Source: Gammaproteobacteria bacterium (GTDB lineage Bacteria > Pseudomonadota > Gammaproteobacteria > SZUA-152). From it: a DNA stretch of 64,000 bases. The DNA is taken from the NCBI GenBank assembly GCA_029882975.1, contig JAOUJW010000017.1, positions 6,250 to 70,249 on the forward strand, in the 5' to 3' direction. Position 1 is the stretch's first letter. Every line of letters starts with the position of its first letter. The notes below the pieces were generated by a model. It made no database searches and was not told the DNA's origin. It saw only the letters and a program-made list of their open reading frames with translations. The position numbers and the translations under genes are program-made. Of the stretch, positions 28,061 through 38,188 are shown piece after piece.

Positions 28061-29020
28061 TCAACGAGTCTGCTTGATGCCTAAAAAGTTCTTCCATCGC
28101 AATCGCGGCAACCACTTAGGAACGGTTTGTTGATACCTAAGCCATTCACGATTATTTTGACCAATGGCACAACTGCCATTACAAACGTCTTTAAACACCA
28201 CAAACAATATCACAGCAATAATTGCTGAAATACTCACCCACAGACTTTGTATCACAACACCCCACCAGCCCATCGACAAAGTAATACCCACTTGCATAGG
28301 GTTGGAAATTATTTTGTACACCCCTGTGGTGACCAAACGCTTGGGAGGGTCATAAGGAAATGCGGTCCCGCCCCCCTTGGTGGCAAATTCATATAATGCG
28401 CTGATCAAAAAATATGCCGGTAATACCAAGGGAATACAGTTCAGCCCCATCGTTATTACATCCTTCTCCAGCAGACCGGACCAATCGCTTCCGCTTAATT
28501 GAAATATGACGGAAGGAAAAAACCAGAGCAACAAGGCCGCCCAGGCTAAAGATTGTAGAAAAGAACGTTTACCTATATTGGTATCCAATGCGGTCCAATC
28601 GGATAGCAACAATGCAGGGATTGCCACCAATACACCCATGCCCAAAATAATTAATACAAGCTGATGCGGGGTATAGTCCACCAAATTTGCCACAGTAAGC
28701 AGCGTTATTAGGAAGAATTGTACTAAAACCCTGCCCCCTACTCCCCATGCCAACACTCTGAACAATGGCACCAACGCGCCCACCATCGTGGCTTGTGCAA
28801 AAACCCATTCCAAGGGGACTCCGTAAAACAGACTGTCATTGACCGAGAAATGTAACGCGCCCAAAACAACGAGCATACTGCTAAGCATCAGAGTGGAAAA
28901 AAAGGCCCACACAAATCCAAGAAAAGTCGCTGTAATTTCCCGGCTGTTGCGACCTGGTTGAATGATATACCAGGCCCACAAACCCATGGGTAGCAGCAAC
29001 AAAAGGCTTCGAATAATCAT
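28061..29020 (-). CDS. Polytopic membrane protein with C-terminal isoprenylcysteine-carboxyl / phospholipid methyltransferase-like domain
   Basis: The ORF extends to 29089, but ATG 29020 forms an ATGA overlap with the upstream gene's stop. The C-terminal …GGTAFPYDPPKRLVTTGVYKIISNPMQVG… matches the ICMT/PEMT-family motif. Confidence 0.6.
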   Translation of the reverse strand: MIIRSLLLLLPMGLWAWYIIQPGRNSREITATFLGFVWAFFSTLMLSSMLVVLGALHFSVNDSLFYGVPLEWVFAQATMVGALVPLFRVLAWGVGGRVLVQFFLITLLTVANLVDYTPHQLVLIILGMGVLVAIPALLLSDWTALDTNIGKRSFLQSLAWAALLLWFFPSVIFQLSGSDWSGLLEKDVITMGLNCIPLVLPAYFLISALYEFATKGGGTAFPYDPPKRLVTTGVYKIISNPMQVGITLSMGWWGVVIQSLWVSISAIIAVILFVVFKDVCNGSCAIGQNNREWLRYQQTVPKWLPRLRWKNFLGIKQTR

Positions 29021-29937
29021 CGTAAAGTATTGATCAGAGTTTCTGCCAATATACCCACTGAATAGCGTTGTAGAGGTTGAACATACCAAATGGGATCCAG
29101 TTTCCGGGTAAACTCAATTCGCCATGTAACCTTGGTACGATGGTGCGCCACCGGCTCAAAAAAAACCGTACTCTTACCCCAATCTAAGTAAGACCTCATG
29201 TAACCGTCGTCAGAATAGGGTTTAAATTCAACAGACCCAGGCGTATGTTCGGTGACTTCAAAATAGGTGGACCCCCGCTTTTCATTCCAATAAACCCATT
29301 TAAAATAACTGATATCCACCCAGTGCTTATCACCCACCGACAATCCTTGCGCATTAACCCAATCCGGTCGCGGAAACAGTTTTCCAAACAACGCATCGGG
29401 TGACGGTACTTTTCTCTTTGACGCCAGTGTTTGCTTTATGTCACTCACGCTGCGGCCAATAATTTCGCTGCGTTCTACCACATTGTAGCGATTGAAGGTG
29501 GTCATATCGGTAACCCCTTCCATGGACATAATTAGGAATAATACCGGTAAAACAGCCACATTGAGTTTAGACGCATCCTCCTCGCGTGCCTTCTTTTTGC
29601 GGTAATGATCAAATGGCCAGGCAGCCAAAGCACCAACGACATAAAATATAGGAGCCGCCATTAACATACAGATAAAGCCTTCCTGCAGTAACGGTCCCGA
29701 TATGAGAATGACAAAGGTAATGGCTTTCAGTGTTGACCCCACGGCGGATTTAGCAGACGATGTTGTAGCAAACACCAGCGCGATAATTGTAGGAATACCA
29801 ACATATAACAATGCGGACCCATCTATGCCTCGGTGCCGCATCATATTAATAACAACACCGGTTAACGCGGATAATAGTATGACACTCATCAATATTTTTT
29901 GATTGACGCTAAACTGTAGTTTCGTTTGTTGTGTCAT
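29017..29937 (-). CDS. Membrane protein (about 4 TM N-terminal) with soluble C-terminal domain, function unknown
   Basis: 306 aa with hydrophobic N-terminal helices. The C-terminal 170 aa are Trp/Tyr-rich and beta-like. Confidence 0.5.
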   Translation of the reverse strand: MTQQTKLQFSVNQKILMSVILLSALTGVVINMMRHRGIDGSALLYVGIPTIIALVFATTSSAKSAVGSTLKAITFVILISGPLLQEGFICMLMAAPIFYVVGALAAWPFDHYRKKKAREEDASKLNVAVLPVLFLIMSMEGVTDMTTFNRYNVVERSEIIGRSVSDIKQTLASKRKVPSPDALFGKLFPRPDWVNAQGLSVGDKHWVDISYFKWVYWNEKRGSTYFEVTEHTPGSVEFKPYSDDGYMRSYLDWGKSTVFFEPVAHHRTKVTWRIEFTRKLDPIWYVQPLQRYSVGILAETLINTLR

Positions 29938-29952
29938 GACTAATTCCCAATA

Positions 29953-30546
29953 CTAAATTCTGACCGTCGTAAATTCGCCACTATAGCGATATACCTGTCC
30001 AAACAGTGGATGTTGCAATTTGAAGTCCATTTTGAATCGACTATCAGCGGATTGTTGCTCCACAATAGTGGTGTGTCCGAGCATGAGCCATTCCGGTATG
30101 GGAATACACAATTTTCCGAGTCTCAAAACATAATACTCGCCGGTGTAGTGCAAGCATTCCCCTACTACATTCACCGACATGCATAAACCCAGCATTGGGT
30201 TTACATATTCCACCAGTTTGTTTTGTCCGGCATATACCCAGTGGCTTTTAAAATAAACGTTTTTGTTCTCATCCAAAGTGATGGTTCTTTGCCAAATCTG
30301 TCGCTCACCGTCCATGGTTTTGTGCACAACCGTGGGAACGTGACGCACGTTGCGATTCAATAGCGCCCCCATAATATGTAATAGGTTCAAAAATAGCTGC
30401 ATCCACGCCGGGTACTCTATAGTCAGTTCGCCGATATCCCTGTTATCCTCATCCTGATAATGCGCCTGTAGCGCTACCGGCAATGCTTGCCATTGTTCTC
30501 CCAGTGCAAGCCGCATGATATTGTGGCTGTTTATACCTTTGCTCAT
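29953..30546 (-). CDS. DUF4166-like protein
   Basis: 197 aa. Context and composition match my recollection of the DUF4166 family, which is found with DUF2269 and NAD(P)H-binding SDR genes. Assignment from memory, not searched. Confidence 0.45.
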   Translation of the reverse strand: MSKGINSHNIMRLALGEQWQALPVALQAHYQDEDNRDIGELTIEYPAWMQLFLNLLHIMGALLNRNVRHVPTVVHKTMDGERQIWQRTITLDENKNVYFKSHWVYAGQNKLVEYVNPMLGLCMSVNVVGECLHYTGEYYVLRLGKLCIPIPEWLMLGHTTIVEQQSADSRFKMDFKLQHPLFGQVYRYSGEFTTVRI

Positions 30547-30554
30547 AACTCACC

Positions 30555-31037
30555 TTAACCATTCACCTTAAAGACCATCAAACAAACGATGAGGACCATG
30601 GCCGTAAATGCCGGAACCCCCAAATAGAACCACCATCTTGCATACACCCAATACTGGTCGGGTAAGGAGGTGTTGTTGTTACGACTTAATAAAGCAAGCC
30701 GTTTCATTTTGATCTGCAACCACACCACGGGTAACCAACAAGCCCCCGCGATCATATACAAAACCAAGCTCCACAGTACCCAGGGAGTATTAAGGGGAAG
30801 ATCCATTAACATCACCATTCCCATCCCCGTTAGCGGTTGGAGGATAACAGTAGGTGTGGTAAAGACCCAATCGGCAATGACCACGCAACGATTGGTTTCA
30901 GCAATGTGGTGAACATTACCGCTGCGATCGGCCATCCATTTGTACCAGGCACTACCCAGACCGGTCCCAAAAAGTAACACCATACTCAACAGATGAATCG
31001 CTTTCAAACTAAGGTATGTCACGCGGACACCTCCCAA
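30555..31037 (-). CDS. DUF2269-like four-TM membrane protein
   Basis: 160 aa with four hydrophobic helices. Its 5' end overlaps the SDR gene by 29 nt; an alternative ATG at 30983 would truncate TM1. Confidence 0.5.
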   Translation of the reverse strand: MGGVRVTYLSLKAIHLLSMVLLFGTGLGSAWYKWMADRSGNVHHIAETNRCVVIADWVFTTPTVILQPLTGMGMVMLMDLPLNTPWVLWSLVLYMIAGACWLPVVWLQIKMKRLALLSRNNNTSLPDQYWVYARWWFYLGVPAFTAMVLIVCLMVFKVNG

Positions 31038-31830
31038 TGAGCTGAGTCATTGCCACCGAGCTGGCGGTATTACCCTGTTGCAGCATGCGCAAATTGTCCG
31101 GATGAAACAGTGGCAATACATGATGTATGAGATACGCAACCGGCAGCATGAACAGGAATGGTATAGGTACAATAAATGCCGGCGTTTTACCCAGGTGTTG
31201 CCGTAGTTGTTGTATCCACGCCGCGAACGAAAATACCTGTGGCCCGACAATATCGATGGTGCGTCGCGCCGGTTCTGCGGTAAGGCACGCTTGTATGGCG
31301 CAAACCAAATCATCGATATGTACCGGCTGCACTTGTTGTTGACCACCATCGAGCAAAGGCAACACGGGAAATCTTGCGAGCCTGTTAAAAAACCGCGTAC
31401 TCCGCCCTGCTTCACCGTAAACCAAGGAGGGTCTTAGAATAAACCAGTCACAGGATAGCTGACGCAAGACATCATCAGCCGCTTTTTTACTTAACTGGTA
31501 TTCTGTGAACGCCTGATCATCTGCGCCCAATGCCGACACTTGTATCACTCGTGCGATACCGACTTTGTCACAGGCGCAGAACAAGGCCGATGGTGCCAGG
31601 TTATGCAGTCGATCAAAACGTTGATACTCGGTTTCTACAATTATGCCAACGCAGTTAATCACCACATCTATGGATTGAAGAAAAGGCAACCAATCACTCG
31701 CCTTTAGCATGTGGTTAAAATCGCAGCCGTCCGCCCTGTTGACACCCACCACTTCGTGGCCGTCTGCTTCTAATGCCGTTGATACCTGCCGGCCGATAAA
31801 ACCGCTGCTTCCTGTTAATAAGATCTTCAT
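31009..31830 (-). CDS. NAD(P)H-binding SDR-family (atypical, NmrA/complex-I-NDUFA9-like) oxidoreductase
   Basis: MKILLTGSSGFIGRQV Rossmann GxxGxxG at the N-terminus. 273 aa. Its start overlaps the DCC gene stop (ATGA). Confidence 0.75.
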   Translation of the reverse strand: MKILLTGSSGFIGRQVSTALEADGHEVVGVNRADGCDFNHMLKASDWLPFLQSIDVVINCVGIIVETEYQRFDRLHNLAPSALFCACDKVGIARVIQVSALGADDQAFTEYQLSKKAADDVLRQLSCDWFILRPSLVYGEAGRSTRFFNRLARFPVLPLLDGGQQQVQPVHIDDLVCAIQACLTAEPARRTIDIVGPQVFSFAAWIQQLRQHLGKTPAFIVPIPFLFMLPVAYLIHHVLPLFHPDNLRMLQQGNTASSVAMTQLIGRCPRDIP

Positions 31831-32432
31831 CTCTTTGTACCTTCATTACGTTTGAAGCTGTCTTGAGCCGAAGACTTGGGAGCTTGATGATTAGTCAATT
31901 GAGCAAAATCAGTGCATTGATCAGTTGGACATTGAGTGTCTATATAGTGGGACTGCTTGGTTCTAAATCCCAACCACTTCGAGACAAAGTAGCGGTTCTT
32001 AGCAATCGCACCATAAGCCAAATCTGCTAAGCGAGACAACACCGGCCAGCCACTGGGCACCATATACCAACCGTGGCCAACTTGAGCGTATACGTAACGT
32101 ATCGCCGGCATTCCCACCAGCCAGATCCCCTCCCCGGTGAGCACATGCATTGCTTCGGACACTTGAGCATGTGATACCCCCCAATCTTTCTCACGAAAAC
32201 TCGGGCCATTGATATTGATTAGCTCGAGCCGACCATCCTTATCCAGGGATTTCAAGCGCAGCATTTCCCGTCGACACAGGGGGCATTCATGGTCATACAG
32301 AACAACATTGCGGTTAGGACCGGCTGATATCGCGTTCTGTTCTTGGTTTTTGTAATTTCTGTAATTACTGAATTTTAAGTTTTTAAAAAAAGCCCATCCG
32401 GGCACTTTGTGCATCATAAACGATACCCTCAT
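31827..32432 (-). CDS. DCC-family (DUF393) thiol-disulfide oxidoreductase with unusual ~40-aa N-terminal extension
   Basis: …VVLYDHECPLCRREM… (the YDGxCxLC-type motif of the DCC family). ATG 32432 forms an ATGA overlap with the regulator gene's stop. Confidence 0.65.
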   Translation of the reverse strand: MRVSFMMHKVPGWAFFKNLKFSNYRNYKNQEQNAISAGPNRNVVLYDHECPLCRREMLRLKSLDKDGRLELININGPSFREKDWGVSHAQVSEAMHVLTGEGIWLVGMPAIRYVYAQVGHGWYMVPSGWPVLSRLADLAYGAIAKNRYFVSKWLGFRTKQSHYIDTQCPTDQCTDFAQLTNHQAPKSSAQDSFKRNEGTKR

Positions 32433-32953
32433 TTTCCAAGCAACTTGGTGACCTTGCTGCCCAGCTTTAGCAACTTCATGACCGAGGTTTTGGGAATATG
32501 GCTCATTTGCTCATACCAATCTGTTAAGGTCTCTAAAAACTCAGTCATATTTTTAATACGTTGTTTGATTTCCTCCGGAGTGGTTTTGTCATTCGCCGCT
32601 TCCAACTCGCATTGACGCAGGATGGTCAGAGTGGGATCGATTTCGCGTTTTTTCCGTTCTTCCACGACACAATTGAAAATCTCCCATAGATCCTTGGAAG
32701 ATTCAAAATGATCCCGTCGATCACCCAGCACGTGATTCACTTTAACCAGCCGCCAGGACATCAACTCCTTAAGACTGGTGCTTACATTTGAACGTGCCAC
32801 TCCCAAAGTTTCGCTGATCTCCTCTGCGTTAAGCGGTTGTGACGACAGGTATAGCAACGCGTGGATCTGCGCCACCGTGCGATTGACCCCCCAGCGGGTC
32901 CCCATCTCGCCCCAGTGCACAATAAATTTTTCCATTACGGAGGTTAGCTGCAT
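32429..32953 (-). CDS. MarR/GbsR-type winged-helix transcriptional regulator
   Basis: 174 aa. The N-terminal …WGEMGTRWGVNRTVAQIHALLYLSSQPLNAEEISETLGVARSNVSTSLKEL… is a typical GbsR/MarR HTH. First gene of a 7-gene minus-strand operon. Confidence 0.7.
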   Translation of the reverse strand: MQLTSVMEKFIVHWGEMGTRWGVNRTVAQIHALLYLSSQPLNAEEISETLGVARSNVSTSLKELMSWRLVKVNHVLGDRRDHFESSKDLWEIFNCVVEERKKREIDPTLTILRQCELEAANDKTTPEEIKQRIKNMTEFLETLTDWYEQMSHIPKTSVMKLLKLGSKVTKLLGK

Positions 32954-32963
32954 GTTGACACTT

Positions 32964-32989
32964 CTGTAATTTCTGTTATTACTGAATTT
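32964..32989. promoter_or_regulatory. 25-bp motif tgtaatttctgt(t/a)attactgaattt immediately upstream of the regulator start; a second copy lies at 32351-32375
   Basis: The two copies differ at 1 of 25 positions, sit in the same orientation 613 bp apart, and exactly bracket the regulator gene. The copy at 32351 contains the 8-bp palindrome GTAATTAC and two TGTAATT direct half-sites. Confidence 0.45.
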
Positions 32990-33336
32990 AGTAAAATCTC
33001 AAACTTATGTCAAGGCCGATTTGGGCCGGCTCAATAAATTGATTATGTTTTTATGCAAGATTTTCAGTTACAGCGACCCGGGTTTTAAAGCTGTCACTAC
33101 ACTCAGCATGAGCTTTGTCCAACTCCGATTGACTTACAAGCCTTTGTTTTTTCGGGTTAAATATTCGAGAATGATAGTTTGACCGGCCTTTACTGAAGAA
33201 TCATCAACGCGTTGCTAATTTATATCAAGTACAATAATATTTTTTCTGCCTGGCCATAATTTTCTAACAGGCCATCCTGCAATAAATGAACTTCCCATTA
33301 ACATAGTTTAGGGAACTCGTTTAAGAAATTTGCGAA

Positions 33337-33615
33337 ATGCTGTTTAAGAACTATCAACTCGACATTTGTGCCGTATGCTGTGAGCAATCACAACAAATTG
33401 TTTCGAAAATATCGAGTGAAGTGCACTATATTTGTTCTATATGTGGAGAATACTATGTTTCTAAAAAATTCATACCCGCATTAAAACAAGAGATAAAAAG
33501 GGAAAAACGTTTGGATCTCTCAAACTGGGTGTCCGATAAAAACCACTCAGGAGAGGTTCCGCATTTAACTCTGGAAATCATAAAAGCTCACTGTTTGACC
33601 CTTTGGAAGATATGA
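33337..33615 (+). CDS. Small hypothetical protein with two CxxC pairs (zinc-ribbon-like), in an AT-rich spacer
   Basis: 92 aa. CAVCC…CSICGEYY. Low-GC region with no recognisable family; the coding call is weak. Confidence 0.3.
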   Translation: MLFKNYQLDICAVCCEQSQQIVSKISSEVHYICSICGEYYVSKKFIPALKQEIKREKRLDLSNWVSDKNHSGEVPHLTLEIIKAHCLTLWKI

Positions 33616-34032
33616 AACATTTGTCGGAAACACTTGAACGTCAAGACCAATAACGTCTTTGGTTTATTAATACAGTGCCCCATTTTTGGGTTACTACGTT
33701 TGGAAAATTCTATTACCTGCGAAATGGACAGTGGGGAAAAGAGGATTCGCATCAAAATTTCTTGGCATAATTATACTTATAGTTTTGATCGTACTAATTC
33801 GTACTTTTATTGCATAGAAATTAGGGAACCTCTGATTGATGAGCAGAGATGAGGGAAAAATTGCCACGAAGCAATTGGTTTTTCCGTCATAAATGCCAGT
33901 CACGGAGTTAATCAGAGGCTCCTGGAGTATAACAACAAGGAACAAGGTTTGTGTATAAGCACTAACCTGAAGCACCTGGACAAATTAGGTTAAACCCTTT
34001 ACCGCAGAGATATGCACTTAGTAGCGTAGGCT

Positions 34033-35004
34033 TTACGGTTGCCCACTCATGAGACCAACGCGTTTTGCCCTGGTTAGATCCCAACGAGTATAAAGCGACA
34101 ATATTCCCACTGTGATTAAGATAGTGACTTTATCGAAAAGTGAGAAAGGAACGAACATTAAGGTGGTGGCTACCTCAAGACAAATAATAGTCACAACCAA
34201 TGAAATGGTTTGCCCCATTTTGAGTTTGGATAATACAAACGCACCAAGCGGAGCACCCAAGGAAACCACCGGCGCTGAAGACCACCAACTGCCCACAACA
34301 AAATCGCTGGGCTCTATCATCATCAGCAGCCAGGCGCTGGCGTAGATCGAATTGATTGCCATAAAGCACACAGTGGTGGGGATACTGCGTCGTATACAGC
34401 CACGGCAAACAAAAACCAAATAGAAATACAAGATAGCATCGCAACCCGATCCGATCTTGGCGGTCAGTAGCCCTCCGGCAAATCCGAAAGCAATTGGCCA
34501 GTACACAGAAATATCATTTTTTTCTTTGGAATGACGACGATCCCACAAAATCATAAAAGCACAGAAAATTATAAATTCGGAAAAAATGAAACGAATCGTG
34601 GTATTGTCCAGGGCAACGAAAGCCAACCCAAAAGGCAGAGACAAAAAACTTCCAATACTGGCGTATTTAATCACGTGCCAATCAATATTGATTTTGCGAC
34701 TGATAAAATACAGTGTCGCGAAAGTCATACCGACAGATTGAATAAACAAGCTGAATATACTGGCATCAAGGCTATCGACATGCAGTACTTTCGTTAGCAC
34801 GGGAAATGCGACAGCACCGCCGCCCAGGGGGGTAGCGCCGGCAACGAACGAACCGGCAATCATGGTCACACTACTACGCCAGTAGGTCTCGAACACCGGC
34901 ACAATATTATCAAAACCTAATATAGCCAGCCAAACCAGCCAAAATACGGCCAGAGGACCCCAATAGATTAGTGACCTATCGCGAGGGAAGATTAGTCTTC
35001 TCAT
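34033..35004 (-). CDS. TauE/SafE (TSUP/DUF81) family anion exporter-like membrane protein
   Basis: 323 aa, about 8 TM, with two halves each containing a Gly-rich …AGATPLGGGAVAFP… / …FGFAGGLLTAKIGSG… motif typical of TSUP-family proteins. Confidence 0.55.
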   Translation of the reverse strand: MRRLIFPRDRSLIYWGPLAVFWLVWLAILGFDNIVPVFETYWRSSVTMIAGSFVAGATPLGGGAVAFPVLTKVLHVDSLDASIFSLFIQSVGMTFATLYFISRKINIDWHVIKYASIGSFLSLPFGLAFVALDNTTIRFIFSEFIIFCAFMILWDRRHSKEKNDISVYWPIAFGFAGGLLTAKIGSGCDAILYFYLVFVCRGCIRRSIPTTVCFMAINSIYASAWLLMMIEPSDFVVGSWWSSAPVVSLGAPLGAFVLSKLKMGQTISLVVTIICLEVATTLMFVPFSLFDKVTILITVGILSLYTRWDLTRAKRVGLMSGQP

Positions 35005-35785
35005 GGTCTATCCCAACAGTATTTTACTTAAAATATGGCGCTCAAAGCGTCTAAATCAGGTCTTTAGCAGCTAAACAAGACTGGAAATACCTGATGGATT
35101 TTGTATGTTGTCGGCGTTTTGAGAATTCGCTTTAGGAAATTGTGCCTTGGATTACACATGGAAGAGACAATCCACCTTTGAAGTAGGATGGATTCAACTG
35201 AAAACCTATCCCGAAAGATCGGGAGAGTCAGTTTTTTCTTATTTTCCGCAAACTTACCTGAAGATTTTTCAGGGTCGGAAACAAATGTACGGCGATACTT
35301 TTTTGTTTGCTAATTTCTATTGGCCAAACATCATTGCCATTAAATTTAGAGTATTTGATAATTCTCATAGGATTGCCTCAACCCTACACTAGCAAGACTA
35401 CAGACGGTCATATTTGTCATTTCAGAACGACCACCAAATTTTCCAGGCTGTCTGTAAGACCTACTTATCTGTCCTTATCGGCAACAAGCCCAGCCGGTTT
35501 CGCGAACACCATACGTATAAAATTCAGCCGAATGGCACAACTACTATCGGGAAAACTCCTCAGCACTCAGCGGTTTGGCGGGCACAAGGGTTGCTGACTC
35601 TAATGTACTGGTAACCGGAGACCGGGCAAAGTGATGCTGCGACCAGAGATGGGATCAATGATCTAACAAATGGTGCAGTATTGCAGTTTCAGCGTCAGTA
35701 CAAAATGAAATTTTACGTTAAACCCTTTCGCCGCAAACCCTGGACCGCATTTCGATACGGTCCGGGTCCGGGTCCGGCTCCCGTG

Positions 35786-36616
35786 CTATCGTTTCTGCAT
35801 AAGATAGTGCACATACTGCAATTCCCCTTGCCTAAATTTGTTGTAAACGGAAGAACCTTTTAGAGCCGCAAAATCCCGCATTACCTTGCGCCAGATTTTA
35901 GGAACCGCGTATTGCAACTCCCTTTTTCGCTGCTCATACACAAGATCTAAAGCACGTACCACTTGCTGGTTGATTTGTTCTTCGTAAATGATGTCAAAAC
36001 CGGCCTTTTGAAACAGACTCTTCACTTCATCAACACCACCCGGTGTGCGTAGATCACAAAACGTAAAAATACCATCGGGTCGTAGTACACGAAAAACTTC
36101 GTTAACGAATTTTGACATGTCCGCATAGCAGTGTGATGATTCGACGTTTATCACCAAATCCACAGAATGATCGTTTAATGGTAAATCCTCTGCTCTGCCT
36201 TGTAAGAACTCCGCATTGGGCAAACGATGATGTTGTCGACACCAAGCAACGGCAATCTTGGATAAATCCACTCCGGTGATTTTATGTAGCGGATAAGCTC
36301 CGGCCAAGTGCTTCATACCGCCGCCACGGCCACACCCTACTTCTAAAACGTCTTTATTTTGTAGATCCACTCGGTTAGTCACATACTCGTATAACTGTAT
36401 CGGATAGCGATAAGGTTCATCCTGTTCTTTGAGTTTTAGAGGTGAGCCGGTGGCGACCGGATCAGCATATCCATAATTCATGAACAGCAAATCTTCAGAA
36501 GTATATTTTTTCGCCAGCCTGTTATACCACCATCGCCAAAGAGGCATGCGTAAGGGCTGTACTAAATCAGCAAGCAATACAAATGCAGTTCCCATCAAAC
36601 TTGCCCTACTTGTCAT
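35786..36616 (-). CDS. Class I SAM-dependent methyltransferase
   Basis: …DVLEVGCGRGGGMKHLAG… (motif I, GxGxG) and …VDLVINVESSHCY… (motif II). Confidence 0.75.
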   Translation of the reverse strand: MTSRASLMGTAFVLLADLVQPLRMPLWRWWYNRLAKKYTSEDLLFMNYGYADPVATGSPLKLKEQDEPYRYPIQLYEYVTNRVDLQNKDVLEVGCGRGGGMKHLAGAYPLHKITGVDLSKIAVAWCRQHHRLPNAEFLQGRAEDLPLNDHSVDLVINVESSHCYADMSKFVNEVFRVLRPDGIFTFCDLRTPGGVDEVKSLFQKAGFDIIYEEQINQQVVRALDLVYEQRKRELQYAVPKIWRKVMRDFAALKGSSVYNKFRQGELQYVHYLMQKR

Positions 36617-37144
36617 AAAGGTTTCTCCTGTTAAATATGCTCTTTATTGCTGACAATTCTGCCATGCTGCTCGTTCCTGTGTTACAACCCAGTAAGAGTT
36701 GATTAATAATATAATGTTCCGGGTTTTAAAGATCGATTTTCGAAAATCCTCCAATCCATATACTATTGAGTACCGGTTACCCTAAATTGCTGCCAGGTCT
36801 TTGAAATTGTTTAAAGTTCAAGGAAACCCATAAATGACCACGTCGCCAAATCTCTGATGTAGCATTACCCCGTACTTCCGCTCGAAGTTGTGATATACTG
36901 AGCGGATAGTATTTAAAAATACGGCGATCATCTATCGGTGCCTCCCTACCGGGCACCCTTCACGATAAGACGTAAACCGTTTCCTACTGGACTGATCTCA
37001 GATGCATGTTAGAGAAAGCGGTTACCCTGATCCACAAATGGCAAAAACCTTAATATCACGAACGCGTCTGCTGTTTCGCACATCCCACCGAGCGCAATCA
37101 AACAATACGGTTTCATTCATTATAATTTCAAAGCGAGCTGACAC

Positions 37145-37393
37145 ATGAACATAAAACCAGGTACGACTCTGCCCAAATACCGCGTGGAAAGCGTGCAAAA
37201 ATCTCCCCCACCCGAGGGTGTTCAGGACGGTGAATGGTGCAGTTATGTTATTAGCGAAGGTAATTCCAAGATTAGGGGCTATCAACTGGGAAGTTTCCAT
37301 GATGTCACCCAGTACGTTGAATGCGTGGTTGATAAACTTAATATGCGGGCCGCCAACTGCTACTCCGTTTACACCTCGCGCAAGAAAAAGTAG
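37145..37393 (+). CDS. Small hypothetical protein (82 aa)
   Basis: Moderately hydrophilic and Lys-rich at the C-terminus. Preferred over the overlapping 126-aa minus-strand ORF on composition grounds only. Confidence 0.3.
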   Translation: MNIKPGTTLPKYRVESVQKSPPPEGVQDGEWCSYVISEGNSKIRGYQLGSFHDVTQYVECVVDKLNMRAANCYSVYTSRKKK

Positions 37394-37669
37394 TCGGCAC
37401 ACAAATACTATTTAGCAAAACTCAAAACAATCACAACTGGCCATAACGCACACATATTGACCTACCACAGTTAGAAACCCAGGAATAAAAACCGGGAGCT
37501 GAGTTTAGCTCCACGGTTTAACGGACACTAAAGCAATTAACTCAACCCGTGTCCTTGAAAAATAAGAAAGTCTTGTCTTTACTTTGCATAGAATAACCTC
37601 CATAGAAGTCTATAAAAATCTTTAGCATTTATAGAGTTACTCTAATTTCTCCTTAGTATTTACAAGGTA

Positions 37670-38188
37670 TTGTCTATGCTGGACACGATAGCGAAGCTTA
37701 TTAAAGTATTAAACGCCGAGGTTAGCCCCTCTCAAATTAGTCTGGGTTTCGCTGCAGGATTCATTGTTGGTCTGACGCCGCTCTGGAGCCTGCATAATTT
37801 GCTGCTGCTATTCCTGGTTTTTCTTTTCAGAGTAAACTTTTCCGCCTTCTTACTATCGTGGGCATTCTTCTCCGGAATCGCCTATTTGGCTGATCCCGCT
37901 ATGGAACAGCTGGGCGCGACCCTACTATCCTCCCCAGAATTAAAATCTATATGGACCGGTATGTATAACCAGCCTGTATGGCGTATTACGCATTTTAACA
38001 ACACCTTGACTTTAGGCAGTCTGGTTTGCGCAGTTGTGATTGCTGTACCCATGGTCTTTGTCAGTAACTTTCTCATCAGAAACTACCGTCAACATATATT
38101 AGGCTGGGTAGCGAAATCAAAACTCTCTCAGCTCTTAAAGGCCAGTCGCCTGTATCGCACCTACAATGCAGTATCAGGGGGTGATTGA
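37670..38188 (+). CDS. Small inner-membrane protein, TIGR03546-like (partner of the following gene)
   Basis: 172 aa with three hydrophobic helices. Its stop overlaps the start of the next gene (ATGA at 38185). The TIGR03546/TIGR03545 pairing is recalled from memory. Confidence 0.45.
   Translation: MSMLDTIAKLIKVLNAEVSPSQISLGFAAGFIVGLTPLWSLHNLLLLFLVFLFRVNFSAFLLSWAFFSGIAYLADPAMEQLGATLLSSPELKSIWTGMYNQPVWRITHFNNTLTLGSLVCAVVIAVPMVFVSNFLIRNYRQHILGWVAKSKLSQLLKASRLYRTYNAVSGGD

Noticed and set aside
35209-35250. Hairpin tcccgaaagatcggga followed by a T-rich run as a rho-independent terminator
   Set aside because: The stem is only 6 bp, and no convincing plus-strand gene ends upstream of it. It is left as a weak, unassigned structure.
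37022-37402. 126-aa minus-strand ORF overlapping the 82-aa plus-strand ORF
   Set aside because: Its translation is less protein-like (Gly/Arg-rich N-terminus, no start context). The plus-strand frame was preferred, though neither is strong.
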